Source: the human T2T-CHM13v2.0 reference genome, Homo sapiens
DNA: 64,000 nucleotides
NCBI RefSeq assembly: GCF_009914755.1
Contig: NC_060936.1
Reading direction: 5' to 3' (one strand)
Shown: piece by piece, positions 30,784-48,154 of the stretch
Layout: each line of letters starts with the position of its first letter
How positions within the stretch are numbered: position 1 is the first letter of the stretch
Position numbers and translations under genes: made by a program
The notes under the pieces: model-generated
The model's database searches: none
What the model was told of the DNA's origin: nothing
Seen by the model: only the letters and a program-made list of their open reading frames with translations

Positions 30784-31608
30784 TAGGGAGATGTTTGAAA
30801 CACAGGCTTATAGGAGAGAAGACACATTCACAGAACACTAAGCAGACACCAGAAATCCTGACTCCAGTTCCAATGCTGCTGCTGACCACAGTGTGACGAG
30901 AGGGCAAAGCTTACACTCCACTCCAGGCCTCAGTTTCCTCATCTTCAAACTGGGAACAGTAGTATTTCTCCTACGTGGAAAGATGTGAGAGTACGTCAAC
31001 AACTGAGCTGCACCGTTATTAGTATCATGAAACCCCATGGATTTGTAGATGGGGCCTGTCTCATCTTCGCTTGTTCTTCCTTCTATAATTTGAAAACTTC
31101 GAGCTTTTTCTTGAAGGAGAAAGACAAAAGGAATAACCGTGGAAAGGGGCCTTGGTTAAAAGATGGCAGGGACGCGTGAAGTGCTGTAAACAGTCATAGC
31201 TCAAGCCAGGTTCATGGCCGGGTTCATAGCTGGGTTCATGGCCACATTCTGAAGTTGGCCTGGCAACCCTGTGCTTTAAAAAAAGAAATCGTTATCAGAG
31301 CTGCCAAACCAATATTAAAACCAGTGGCTTATGAAAGGGGTTGGCAGTCAGCACCAGGAATCTTTTTGCACCTCTTAATTTTGCAGAAAGAAAGGGGAGC
31401 ATCTCATCTGGGGCAGTTCTTTCAGTAACACCAACACTAGAAGTGGAAAAGATTGTTTCCCCGTCAGCTGGTCTCATTTCTCGAAGTCTAAGATGGTTCA
31501 CTTTAGAAATGTCCCAAGAAGCAGGGAGGGACGGCAGAGGAAGTTTCTCAACTTCTAGGCAGAAAAAGATGCTCATGTGATGCGATGAAGTAAGGTGATG
31601 TTTTATGA

Positions 31609-32033
<425 letters not shown>

Positions 32034-32328
32034 TGAGGGCAACCCAGCACCCTTGAACTTTATTGATGTGAGGCCACATTGATAAATCTTTCTGGAGAGG
32101 CAAGTTCCCTAAAAATGTGCAAACCATTTTCCCCAGAAATTCCATTTTAGGACGTTAATTCTGAGGATGTAATTGGAGAAGAGCATGGAGATGTGAAGGC
32201 AAAGATGATCACTGTGGTGTTGCTGATGGCAGGAAAAACTGGAAATGACCTTGACGTCAACAATAGGTGATTGGTTAAGAAACGAAGCTATGTTCAGGCA
32301 CTAGAAAGCTAAGTGGCAGTTAAGAATA

Positions 32329-32642
32329 ATTTCTTTCTTTCTTCCTTCCTTTCTTCATCCCTTTCTTCTTTTCTTCCTCCATCCCTCTCTCATTCTTTCT
32401 TCCTTCTTTCTTCCCTGTATCCTTCCTTTCTCTTTCTCTCCCCCTCTTTCCCTCCCGCCCTCCCTTCCTTATTTCCTTCCTCCCTCCCTTCCTTCCTTCC
32501 TCCCTCCCTCCTTCTCTCCTTCCATCCCTCCTTCTCTTCCCTCCACCCTCCTTCTCTTCCCTCCTTCTTTCCTTCCTTATTTCCTTTCTGTTTCCTCTCT
32601 CCTTTCCTTCTTCCTTCCTTTCTTCCTTCATTCCTTTCTTCT
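32329..32642. repeat. Degenerate (TTCC)/(CCCT) polypyrimidine tract
   Basis: Seen directly. Confidence 0.9.
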
Positions 32643-32979
32643 ACAAATTTGTTGAGTGTCTGTGTCCCAGACACTGTATATTTAAGTTCACTGACTGAAA
32701 AAGATGTTTATGATATTTTCAGTAATATATAATAAAATAAAATAAATTTAAAAGCCAGTTTCATGGATGTATTATATTATTCTACTCTTGTAAATGCATA
32801 TTTATATATTTATATAATTGGATATGAAATAAAAATGTTTGAAAGGACATGCACCCAAATATCATTGAGCAGTCTTCTCCAGGTGTTGGGATTACAGGTG
32901 ACTATGCACTCTTCAATTTTTTACTTGATCTGCATTGTCTAAGTTGTCCATGGTAAGGTTCTTGTGTAATTGAAAGTCA

Positions 32980-33465
32980 TGAGGCCCTACATCCTTTGGC
33001 CCTGAGCTGCTCGTTCCTATCTTTGTCTCTTATCTTTGTCTCCTATCCACCTGGCCTACTCCACCCTAACCACACAGCTTCTCTGTTCTTTGAACATGTC
33101 GGACTTGTTTCTACCTCATAGCTTCCGCATGTGCTGTTCCCTCTGCCGGGAACACTCTTACCCCAGGTCTTTGCTGGCCCTTTCTGATCATTCATGTTTC
33201 AACTCAACATCCCCTTAGAGAAGACCTCTACTCCCATTTAATGGAAATTAGCATGGCTCCCTGCACATTTTAATCACACTTCCTCATTTTATTTTCTTCA
33301 CACTGCTTATGACTCTGAAATTCTCTTGATTTTTCCCTAACTTGTACATTTGTATCTTCTCTACTTGCATGTCAGCTCTATGTGCACAGGGACCCATGTT
33401 CTTGGCTTCTGGAACAGAACCTGGCACATAACAAGAAATCAATAAATATTTGCTGAATGAACAAA
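32980..33465 (+). mobile_element. L2 3' fragment
   Basis: tgctgttccctctgcc ... cctggcacata ... aataaatatttgctgaatgaa. Confidence 0.75.
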
Positions 33466-33847
33466 TTCTGGGAAATAAATATTAAAAAAGAGGATTTTTT
33501 TTAAGCCCTCCTTTTCTTGCTTGCCAGAGAGATGCAGGGAGTTGGTGGTCTTCAGCTGGAAGGCTCTCTTCACTCTGCCAGTGTACCGTTTCTGACCTAG
33601 CACATGACCCTAGTAGGCCCATATCACTCACTGAGCACGCAGTACCCAGGGTCACGCTGGAGTCAGCACCTACCCAGTTGGAGGGATGCTTCTAAATCTT
33701 CATAGATTCTACCCCAAAGCACAGGGAGCAGCTTAGGAGTCACAGACACCAGAGATCTAATTTTTGTTCAGTTGCTGATTTGTTGTGTGACGTTTGTCAA
33801 GTTATTTAACCTCCCTCGGCTGCAGTTTTCCTAGGCATGTAGTATAG

Positions 33848-34279
<432 letters not shown>

Positions 34280-34351
34280 ATTATCCCTGTTTTAAAATTC
34301 TTAGACCAGGTCTGGATAGTGAGAAATAAACGTAAATGGTATTATTTGGAC

Positions 34352-34641
34352 TTTTTTTTTTTTTTCCAAAGAGACAAGGTCTCACTCTGTCACCCAGGCT
34401 GGAGTGCCATGTTGCGATCATAGTTCAAACTCCTGGGCTCAAGTGATTCTCCCACCTCAGCCTCCCAAGCAGATGGGACTACAGGTGTGCACCACCATGC
34501 CTGGCTAATTTTATACATTTTTTTTGTAGAGATAAGGTCTTACTGTGTTGCCCACGCTGATCTCACACTGGACTCAAGCGAACCTCCCACTTCAGCCTCC
34601 CAAAGTGTTGGAATTACAGGCTTGAGCCACTGTGCCCGGCC
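34352..34641 (-). mobile_element. AluJ
   Basis: Antisense dimer. Confidence 0.9.
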
Positions 34642-35199
34642 TATTTAAACAATTTTTATATGCCAAAAGCTGTTAATTTCACAGCGTCTTGAAGAATAAT
34701 ACTTGTTCCCATCTTACAGATGAAGAAAGGTAGTGACTTGCTCCGGGGCTCACAGTGAGTAGGAGGCAAAGAAAGATTTGAGTCTATATTATTATCAGCA
34801 TCAAGGCAGGTCACCTCCAAGTTACAAAGACACACTATTCTTCATGGATGCTGATTTCCTTGTCATTCAAGCCAGGTTGCCCAGATACTGAGAATGACAA
34901 AGATCTGAATGGCCAGCTCCTTCTAGATCTGTCAGGATTATTTTCCCAGGGAATAACAAAGGTAAAGATTTAAGGAAAAAAGGTTGTGAAAATCCAGGTC
35001 TCATGCAGCTGCATCTCATTAAAATGCTTCAAAGAAGCAAGCAGATATTCACCATTGGGGCCCATCCAGCTTCATCCCAGGAAAGGAATTACAGTCCCTG
35101 GGAGGCCAACGCTAGGGAAACTACAGCTATTGGTGCTGAGCTGAATGCCAAGGTTCTTGGTTCTGGCAGGTAGAGGGGAGGAAAGTGAGCTCGAGCCTT

Positions 35200-36735
<1,536 letters not shown>

Positions 36736-36853
36736 GGGGCTCCAGGCTTTCTTAACCCCACCAGCTGTTTGGCTGTGAGGCTCGCTGGTGAAGAAGTGAG
36801 ATGCAAAAAGACCTGTCCCCATAATTCCTTAACAATGAAGTGATTCTATCTAA

Positions 36854-36857
<4 letters not shown>

Positions 36858-36901
<44 letters not shown>

Positions 36902-37053
36902 ATTGAAACAGAGTCTTGCTTTATCACCCAGGCTTCAGTGCAGTGGTGTGATCATGACTCACTGCAGCCTCAAGCTCCTGGGCTCATGCAATCCTCCCAA
37001 CTCAGCCTCCTGAGTAGCTAGGACTACAGGCATTCCTCACCATGCTTGGCTAA
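36858..37053 (-). mobile_element. FRAM / AluJ right arm with (TC)n tail
   Basis: Right monomer only; ctaatct on both sides. Confidence 0.85.
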
Positions 37054-38068
37054 TCTACCTAACTTTTAATGAAGAAGTTTCATCAGACTCACAAAGAAGT
37101 TTGGAAGCCTTCCTTCTATCGGAATACTAGAAAGACTTTTATGATTCTTGCTAAAAAGTACTAATTCTAGGACACAAACAGTTCCTCTCATTAAGAGAAC
37201 ATTCTACACCCTTAAGTCCTTTTAATCATTTATAACACTCTCTCTTTATCTCTCATATGGAAACAATATGTACTATTTTCCATATGCTATAATTATCCCC
37301 TTTGATACAACCATGTGTGAAAACATGTACAACATGCCAAGTATTATCCACCTGGCCGATTTACATGCACTTTTTTTTTAACTTTGGATTTTGCTTTGTG
37401 GATTTTTACAGCCATATTACACAAACTTAGCCAGAAAGACAGTGAATGGAAAATGCAGCAAGATTCCAGATTTCTCTCCCTCCTTTCATCTTCGGCTTCT
37501 CTGTAATTCCATTAACCTGTCAAAAGCTTTGGAGCCAGCAATATCCTTCAACACCTCTGATGGAGGGTATGGGCTGGTTTGGTCTTGGCATCAGATAGAC
37601 CTTGGGCATTCTGAAAAAGGGCCCATCTCAGCTTACCTCCAGCCACCAGTATGGGGTTGGAGTGAGATCCCCAGCACCAACCTTACTGGGACATTAATTC
37701 CAGGTTCCTGGAGTTGAATCAGTTTTGCTAGGACCCTGGAGTCCTCTGGGGAAATGGTGGAGTGCAGTGACAAGACCTGGGGCTGTTGAATCATAGACTT
37801 CAAGTCAAAATCATACATCTACTACTCAAAATCATGCGTCTTCCCAGGTGGATGTGGGACCTGGGATGAGTCTCTGGACCATTCTTGGGCTCAGTTCCTT
37901 TGACTTTAAAGTGGGGATGACAATAGTGCTCACTCTACCAGGTTTGTGTATTATAATGATGGCCAATCTTGACCAAGTCCTTTTTAGGTACCAGGTACTA
38001 GTTAGGATGCTTTATAAAAATTTTAAATTTAACCCTTGCTGCAGTTCTACCTAGATGTCCCCTTTTAA

Positions 38069-38254
<186 letters not shown>

Positions 38255-38559
38255 TGAGGCCAGGGATATAACTTTAACTTGGCCTGGTTCACAGAGCTGA
38301 TCCTTGGGGGAGCTGTGTGAGATTAGCACCCCATCTTCTTGGTGACACCATCATCTGTGCTCCCCTATCTCTCAGATGACACAAAGTGTGTCCCCTTCTC
38401 AGCAAATGGTAGCTGTGACATGCCAAGTAAAGGTCCCAGAACATAGTAAACACGTGAAGTTTATCCCTTTTCTTTTCTTTATGACTCAGAATGAATCCTC
38501 CAGTGGGGGCCTTTCTTAGAGGCTCAAGTTCAGGAGAGCAACGCGAAGTTCTGTAGGGG

Positions 38560-38840
38560 ATTCGCCTCACGTTGCCAATGGCTTTCAAAGGTTTCGGGGG
38601 TCTGCAAAGCCCCTGAAGAATTTGGCTCTGAGCAGTTTTCCCCTTCATTTCTAAATCCAACGGCAGATTAGGTGAAATGGAATCCGTATGTTTCTGATTC
38701 ATTTACACTTAACTCATCAAAATGTTCCTTTTTATGAGCTATTTGATGTCCAGAAAGCCTTTTGAGTAGATTTTATAAGCCTTTTAAAGACTTTTCTCTG
38801 AGAAACAGGCAGTTGCATTTTGCCAAGAATAAACAAACTT
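38560..38840. promoter_or_regulatory. Candidate deeply conserved enhancer (possible IRX-cluster duplicated UCE paralog)
   Basis: Repeat-free; TCF/LEF-like ttcaaag, catcaaa, tttgatg; PBX-HOX-type tgattcat; FOX taaacaa; resemblance to IRX UCE is from memory only. Confidence 0.5.
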
Positions 38841-39330
38841 GAACCTCAAAAGTGCAGGGTCTGCCAAGGATTCTGATACCAGAGGGCACGTTTTCCAAGT
38901 CACCCCTTCCTCGCTCCTAACGCCTTCTTCCATTTCTTCTCTCCCTCACCCCCCACTTCTTGGCCTCTCCGTTCCCTTCTTGGATGTCTTGCAGAACTTT
39001 TTACCCAGTTCCAGGCATCTGCACCTCCTTCCAACATATTTCTTATGTAGCTCCTCTTCTCAGCAGCAGCCACCCCCAAGCATCCCGTTCTTGCTGCCCC
39101 ATTACCTGCCTGGGTACAGTTGAGAACACCCAGAGAGGTACAGTTCATTCCCAGTAGCTCTGAAGTCACTGCAGATATGCACATCTCTCACCTGGCAGCT
39201 CATAAAGAGCCTTCATTATCCCGTGGATATATATAGTAAGGGCAGGCAGTAGCGCTTTTCTGATTCCGTGTTATACTCAAGGAAATTGAGTCTCAGAGGG
39301 GCTAAGTGAATGGCTAAGACCATTAGCTGA

Positions 39331-40054
<724 letters not shown>

Positions 40055-40597
40055 ACAGGCTTGGTTTCTCTAGAAGGTTACAGCTAAAGCGAAACCTTGG
40101 AAAGCAAAACAAGTTTCCATATGCTATTAATTCTTCATAACAGCCTTGAGGCTCAGCTATGGTATTTCCATTAGATAGATGAGAAAACTGAAGTTTAGAA
40201 TATGTCATTTACATGAGGCCGCCCAGCAAGGCCAATGAAGCAAGGCATTAAGAATTAGTACTGGCATAGCTTGTCCTGTGTTTCCCAAAAGGTGACACGC
40301 ATGATATTGGTAGGTGTACATGAATTGAGATGGCCCAAAAATGTGAAAATAAACGATTTTGAATCACATGGTGAGAGGGTTTTCCCTTTGCAAACCTCTT
40401 TCACTTCTCATTGGCACATACATAGTCTCAGTTTGGCCTGGTTTGTAATATGGAGAGAGAAGGCAGTATGCTTAGAACCTCTAATTGACAGCAATGTGCA
40501 GCTAGAATTTGATAGCTGTGTTTTGCTTTCAAGGTTTTTCTTTTTTGGGGTTACCTTTTATATATGAATGTGACAATGAATTTATATATACATGTAA

Positions 40598-41005
<408 letters not shown>

Positions 41006-41074
41006 TGTCATACAATTTCCTTGTGACATTAAGTAAATAAAAAGAGTTGATTTAATATTGAAATATTGGAAGTA

Positions 41075-41192
41075 CAGGCATACAACAGAGATATCACGGG
41101 TTCAGGTCCAGACTACCACAATAAAGCAAATATTGCAATGAAGTGAGTCACACAATTTTTTGGTTTTCCAGTGCATAGAAAAGGTGTATTTA
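41075..41192. mobile_element. Tigger1 terminal fragment
   Basis: ta|caggcatac ... accacaataaagcaaatattgcaat. Confidence 0.85.
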
Positions 41193-41299
41193 TGCAGGAA
41201 CAGAAAACTTGCATAAATACTTATAAATGGGAGCTTATAAGTATGTTCTTACTTATAAGTGGGAGCTAAGTGATGAGAACATATGGACACATAGAGAGA
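41193..41299 (+). mobile_element. Rearranged L1PA 3' fragment without tail or TSD
   Basis: caggaacagaaaac ... acttataagtgggagcta ... atgagaacatatggacacatagag. Confidence 0.75.
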
Positions 41300-41599
41300 A
41301 TGGGCTAATACAGTCAGCTTCATTAGTTTAGATCATGTCCTGAATGGCATTTGTTTGGACATTGTTACAGTGCTCAGCGGCTTTGTATCAGAGTGTGCCT
41401 GAGGACTGCCACTACCCATCAATTAATATCTGCTGAATGAGGGAGTGAGAGAATGAATGAATGAAACATTTGATGACTTCCTTTCTAATCCCTGACTTGA
41501 AGAAAGAAAAGGTATCTTAGAAGGGACCAGGCCATGCTGGGCTAGATCATAAGTTGATCTTAACTCCTTCAAAACATAGAGGTCCTTTTAATGTTAGAC

Positions 41600-41819
41600 C
41601 AGTGGTTCTCAACTGGGGATGATTTTGCCTCCCCAGGGGACATCTGGCAATGCCCGGAGACGTTATTCATTGTCACAGTGGGGTAGGATGAGGTGCTACT
41701 GGTATCCAGTGGATATAGGTCACAGATGCTGCTAAAGATTCTACAATGTACGGAATAGCCCCCACAACAAAGAATTACGTGGCCCAAAATGTTTATAGGG
41801 CCCAGGCTGAGAAACCCTA
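41600..41819. mobile_element. MER20
   Basis: cagtggttctcaactgggg ... ggctgagaaaccct, ~220 bp. Confidence 0.9.
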
Positions 41820-42137
41820 TTTTGGAGGACTCAGCAGAGTCACTGAGACTGAAGGTGGAGAGGGTCTGAGAATACCTTGAAGAGAACAGTCTTGCTGAAT
41901 CCTTAAAAATAACTTTACTCTCTGGCTGGCAGTCACTTAGCAAACCTTTTCACATTTCGGTTCTGCTGATGGATGCCTAGACAGGCAGGTATATATTTAT
42001 AAAAAAAGATATTGATCGACAGGAGTAGTAATTTGTTGATGTGATAATCTCTAGTCATTGTTATGATAGCCCCAAAGCATGTTTGATTCCCGTATCCACA
42101 ATTGATACCTTAAATCATCTGGTAGAAGTCCTGTTGA

Positions 42138-42508
<371 letters not shown>

Positions 42509-43950
42509 TAACTTTGAAGTAATTTTGCATATTGGTGCTTCAGATGTTGGTCAGAATCTCAAGCAGCTCCAATCTGGTACTGACATCAAAGGACTAGTCA
42601 CAGTCACTTACATTGGCCACTGTATGTGTTTTTCTCTTGCACCAGACTGCATGCTCTGTGAGAGTAGGGACTATGTCATTATCACTGTTGTTCCTTCAGC
42701 ACCTGGCATCTTTCCAGCACCCAAAGATGAGGTTAGTGAATATTATTTGAATGAATGAATCACAGTTCTTAAACTCATATTCTGTGCCAACATAATAAAA
42801 CTGATGTTCAGGAGTGTTAAGTTACTTATTCAAGGTCATATAGCTAGACCTATGGAAGAAGAAACTAAGATGGTTATTGATGGAAGTTAACTGGTATTTC
42901 CATTACATCCAAAAGGGGGATGTGCCTGATTAAAGGTTCAGTGAGACTGAAACCTGTGCCGCTAACTGGACCATTTATCCATTATATGTAGTGAAAGCCT
43001 CAACCATGAAAGAAAAGAACAAAAAGCAAAAGAATGTTGTCAGAAGCACTGACTTTGAGGGACCTGAGTCCTCGATCATATGGAGTGGCCTTGGATTCTC
43101 TAAGAACCTCAGTCTCTTCATCTCAAAAGTGGGAATAATCAGAGAACCTGCCCTCATAAACTTGTCTTGAAGGTAGATTGCAGTCATACGCACAAAGTCC
43201 AGGTCCTGGTAGGCAGTAAGAACTCTGAAAAATGTGACCTGTTAGTAATGTGTGCATGTGTGTGGCATATCTCTTGATAGAAAAAAGAAAAGCCACTGCA
43301 TTTTGTCTTTCTGAGGACTAATAGAAAAATAACAATCAAGTGGTAGAAAGACAGAATACTGGCTTCCCCTCCCCTTCACTAAAAAAATATTAGCCTTTTG
43401 CTTAAGAGCACATAGCCTGTTGAGGAAAGTAAGACATAAAACATGAGCAGAGAGAGCAGATGCTGGGAAAATGCCATCTTTTTATTGGCACTATTAGAGG
43501 AAAATATATGAACTGTATAATGCCATCATAAATACACTTATTTGTAATGTCAAAGTAACAATGTAAGCCACAGTGCTTGTCTCTTTCATTCCCTCCTTTT
43601 GAAATGCTTCACAGCCAAGCATAAAATCAGAGGAAAATGTGAATACTATTTTAATTCATTAGGGGTTCCTAATGATATATTAGTCATATTATCCCTCATC
43701 CTTCAGGATGAGGTTCTTTGCTCTTTTGCAAGAATATTAATGCCACGTTTTGTCTATGGGGCAAAGCTTTTTCATTTAAAAACATTTTTAAAAAAATGAG
43801 GTGCTAGAGTACATATCTTGACAAACCATCAAATGGTCCTCACACCCATCCCCCCTCCCCATTCCAGTTGGTATGGGAAACTACTGTTCCCACCAAAAAG
43901 GCAGGCTGAGAAGAAATTATAACTTGTTAGAGCAGGGAGATAGTAAACGT

Positions 43951-43994
43951 TGCTGTACCCTTTACCCTTTTATGCTGTACCCTTTACCCTTTTA
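43951..43994 (+). repeat. Perfect 22-bp tandem duplication
   Basis: tgctgtaccctttaccctttta x2. Confidence 0.95.
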
Positions 43995-44009
43995 TTCTCT
44001 TTTTTTCTC

Positions 44010-44010
<1 letters not shown>

Positions 44011-44058
<48 letters not shown>

Positions 44059-44143
44059 TTCAGATATCTGGTCAACCCAGCATCCCACGGACAGACATTA
44101 AGTCTGAGTACATCAGAACATCTGGCCAATCCAAGAATCATGT

Positions 44144-44178
<35 letters not shown>
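44011..44178. repeat. Two (CA)n microsatellites (44011-44057, 44144-44178)
   Basis: Seen directly. Confidence 0.95.
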
Positions 44179-44179
<1 letters not shown>

Positions 44180-44689
44180 CCCACATCCCACCACTATCAC
44201 CAAATAGCACATTAAGGGATATCTCGGCTCCTGAGAGATACAGCATGTTGACCAGGCAACAATTTCTAGCTTAGGTATAGAAACAGCACTCCAAAATCCT
44301 GGTATAAAAGTATATGATTTGTTTATCTTCCCTTTTCTAAATTTAGTATACATTTGCCCCCGCTACTAAATCTGTTTTAGATTTTATTCTAAATTGGAGC
44401 ATTTTTTTCTTCTAATTTCAAGATTTCTCTTATTCTAGGAGAGGAGCCTAACAAATTAATTTAGTTAGTGGAGGAAAATTGATTTTCCTTGTAAGTTTTC
44501 AGTTCAATTGTTTAGAATCCAAAGTGAAAATACTGTTTTTATGAACACAGGAGAAAGAGGAAAATGATGACAATTGTATGTGTGTGGGTGGGCAGTGGGG
44601 AGTGAGTTTGGATGAAATTAACTTTTAATACTAGATATTTAAATTTGAAACAAAAAAGGTGAGTCTTTTCCTGTGTCTTTTTCTTATTT

Positions 44690-45065
44690 TTCTTTTATGT
44701 TTCCTCCCCCTCTCCATTGTGAAAGGCATACATGCTGATTCTATAAGATTTGAAAAATAGGCAAAGTATTAAAAAAAATCACCCATAATCTAGCAGTACA
44801 GATGCTCATTGTTAAACATTTTGATTTATTTCCTTCAGGTTGAGATAATGTATATAGAATTTTGCATCATTTTTCATATACTGTCATATCTTGAGTATTT
44901 CCTCATGTCATTAAATATTCATTAGAATCATAATTTAAAATTATTGTGTAATCTTTCATTATACCACAATTTTACTAACTATTTTTAATTGATGGATATT
45001 TAGCTTTTAAAAAACCTTTATTATAATTAACATCAGTGTGATGAACATCTTTATGCGTAAGTCAT
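44690..45065 (-). mobile_element. L1ME-like fragment
   Basis: aaaatcacccataatc, gatgaacatctttatgc. Confidence 0.55.
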
Positions 45066-46468
45066 TGCCCCTGTGTTGCACCCAAGGACCAAGGTTGTTC
45101 AGGATGGCTGGTGCATAGAATATAAGGGGTGACACAGAGAGATAGGGTTGGATAGGTAGGCAAGAAACAGGTCTTTCCAGCCCCTGTATATCATGCTTAA
45201 AGTTTTGGACTTTATTCAAATAATAACCACAGTAATGATGATGATGAAGATGACCATAAAAGGCAATATTTACTGAGTTCTTTATTGTTTACTAGATACT
45301 TTCCCGAGAAGTTTTAATTTATTAACTCATTTAATTTTTGCAACAACTCTGAGTTATAGGCACAGCTTGCAAAACCAAAGCAGAGAGGTTGAGCCATCTG
45401 GCCAATGTCTTAAGGCTGGTAAGACCCCAGACTGTAGAGCTGACATAGTTCGTCATTTGGTTCATTGCCTTATAGTAATAGGGAGCCACTGAAGGGTTTT
45501 GGATGGCTGGATGGGGAATATGATGAGTTAATTTGCATACTTAAAAAGGCTCATTCTGTTTACAGTAAGGAGAAGAGATGGTAGGGGCAAGAGTGGAAGT
45601 AGTAAGACCAAATCCAACAGAGAAATAGAGGTAGTGAATGCTGGTGGCATTGGAAAAGAGGGAAGAGAATGAATTTGAGGAATATTTAGTGAGCTGGATT
45701 GACAGGACTTGAATCTGGAGAGGGAGGGACAGGAAAACTCGAATGCAGGGTGGAGTCTTGTGTTGGGATTAAGGGACAGTTGAATGACCTGCCTAACGTT
45801 AGCCAGCTACTAAGTGAAGGAGGTTGGATTTTGAGCACTAAAGTCTATGGTCTGGAGACAGTCTGGAAGAAGAAAGCTGTCCTGGACAGGACCCAGAACT
45901 AGAATTGGAGGATGGGCCCCAAACAATACAAGCTGGAACACTATCATATCGAGAATGCTGTCCTATGTTTAGAAAAGACAAGACGTGGAGGTTCAATACA
46001 ACAAGGGGCTCCCCATATCAGCCACCTTCTGCCTAACACATAAGAATCTGCTTTGTGTGAAGAAGGGCCAGGAGACAGGAGAAGATGCAAGGGTAGGAAG
46101 CGGTCACTTCATTCATTGCCTAACTCAAGGAAGCCACTCAGACGAGACAACTAGCTCCATTTAGGGGCTTCTGTAAGTGGCGTGACTGAGGGTTGGGGGT
46201 CTATTTATTTGAGAAGACAGGTAATAATGACAGGTTGAGCCTTTAAATGTAAATCTAATTGCATAGGTTTTCTTTTAGGGAGTGCTTTGGGCAAATGTGG
46301 TGACAAATTGGGGGAAACACATGGGTTTTGGAGATGGCCATTTTAAACTTGAATCCCAGTGTTTTCATTTTTTTTTGTGCGTGACCACAGGAAAGCTGGC
46401 TTGCCTCTTTGAACAGCTGTTTATTCAACCATGAAACAGGGATAATATGGTTGCTCAAAATGAAATTG

Positions 46469-46516
<48 letters not shown>

Positions 46517-46517
46517 C
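46469..46517. repeat. (TCTA)n tetranucleotide STR
   Basis: Seen directly. Confidence 0.95.
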
Positions 46518-47259
46518 ACACACATACACCAACCACAGGACTTGAGATATATACAATACATCAACATGAACTCCATTTTATTTCTCCTACAACCTCCACT
46601 TGGCTTTCTTCCCCACTTTGAAGACCTTGGTTAGCCTCTTGATGCTCCTGAGCTTGTAATTTCATAGTTCCTAATTTGAAGGTTGATCTCTGGAAGACGG
46701 GTGGATTATCTAACACTTATGTAGCTCTTTGTAATGGGCAAAGCACTTTCCAACAATATTCTCATTTAACACTCTTTACCTCAGCTCTGTCAATTAGGTG
46801 TTAAAAAAATTCCCATTTAACAGTTAAAGAAACTGAGTCTCAGAGAGGCAATATGACCAGCCCAGTCTCCAGAAAAGGTATAATTAGGACTTGGACCCTG
46901 GTCTCTCAAGCTTGGATTCCTTGCTCTTCCGTAATCCTCCCTCTCTTCTGCAGTACCAGGAGGAAGGGAAGCCTTGACCGCATATACAAACTGTTGTTAG
47001 TTTAAAAACAAAGTACTGCCTTTTCCATTACAACAGCTCTCTCTGGTCTGGCCTACAGTTCACCCACATTTCTTCTCCCGTGCTGGCAATGCCTCTGAGA
47101 GCTCAGGGATGGCAGCTATTACCCAACAAGGAAGAAGCAAAACTTTATCCCTTCCTCCCCGTCAGTTCTTTCTTTCTGAACTCAGCCTCAGAGCTCCATG
47201 AACATATTAGCACTTGAGCCTGCAGAGGTTGCACACTGTGTTATTTGTGTTTACATCTA

Positions 47260-47748
<489 letters not shown>

Positions 47749-47808
47749 CTAGTCACAAGCTGTGTGGCTTTGTACAAGGGTCTTTATTTATTTAAGACTT
47801 AGCTTCCT

Positions 47809-48154
<346 letters not shown>

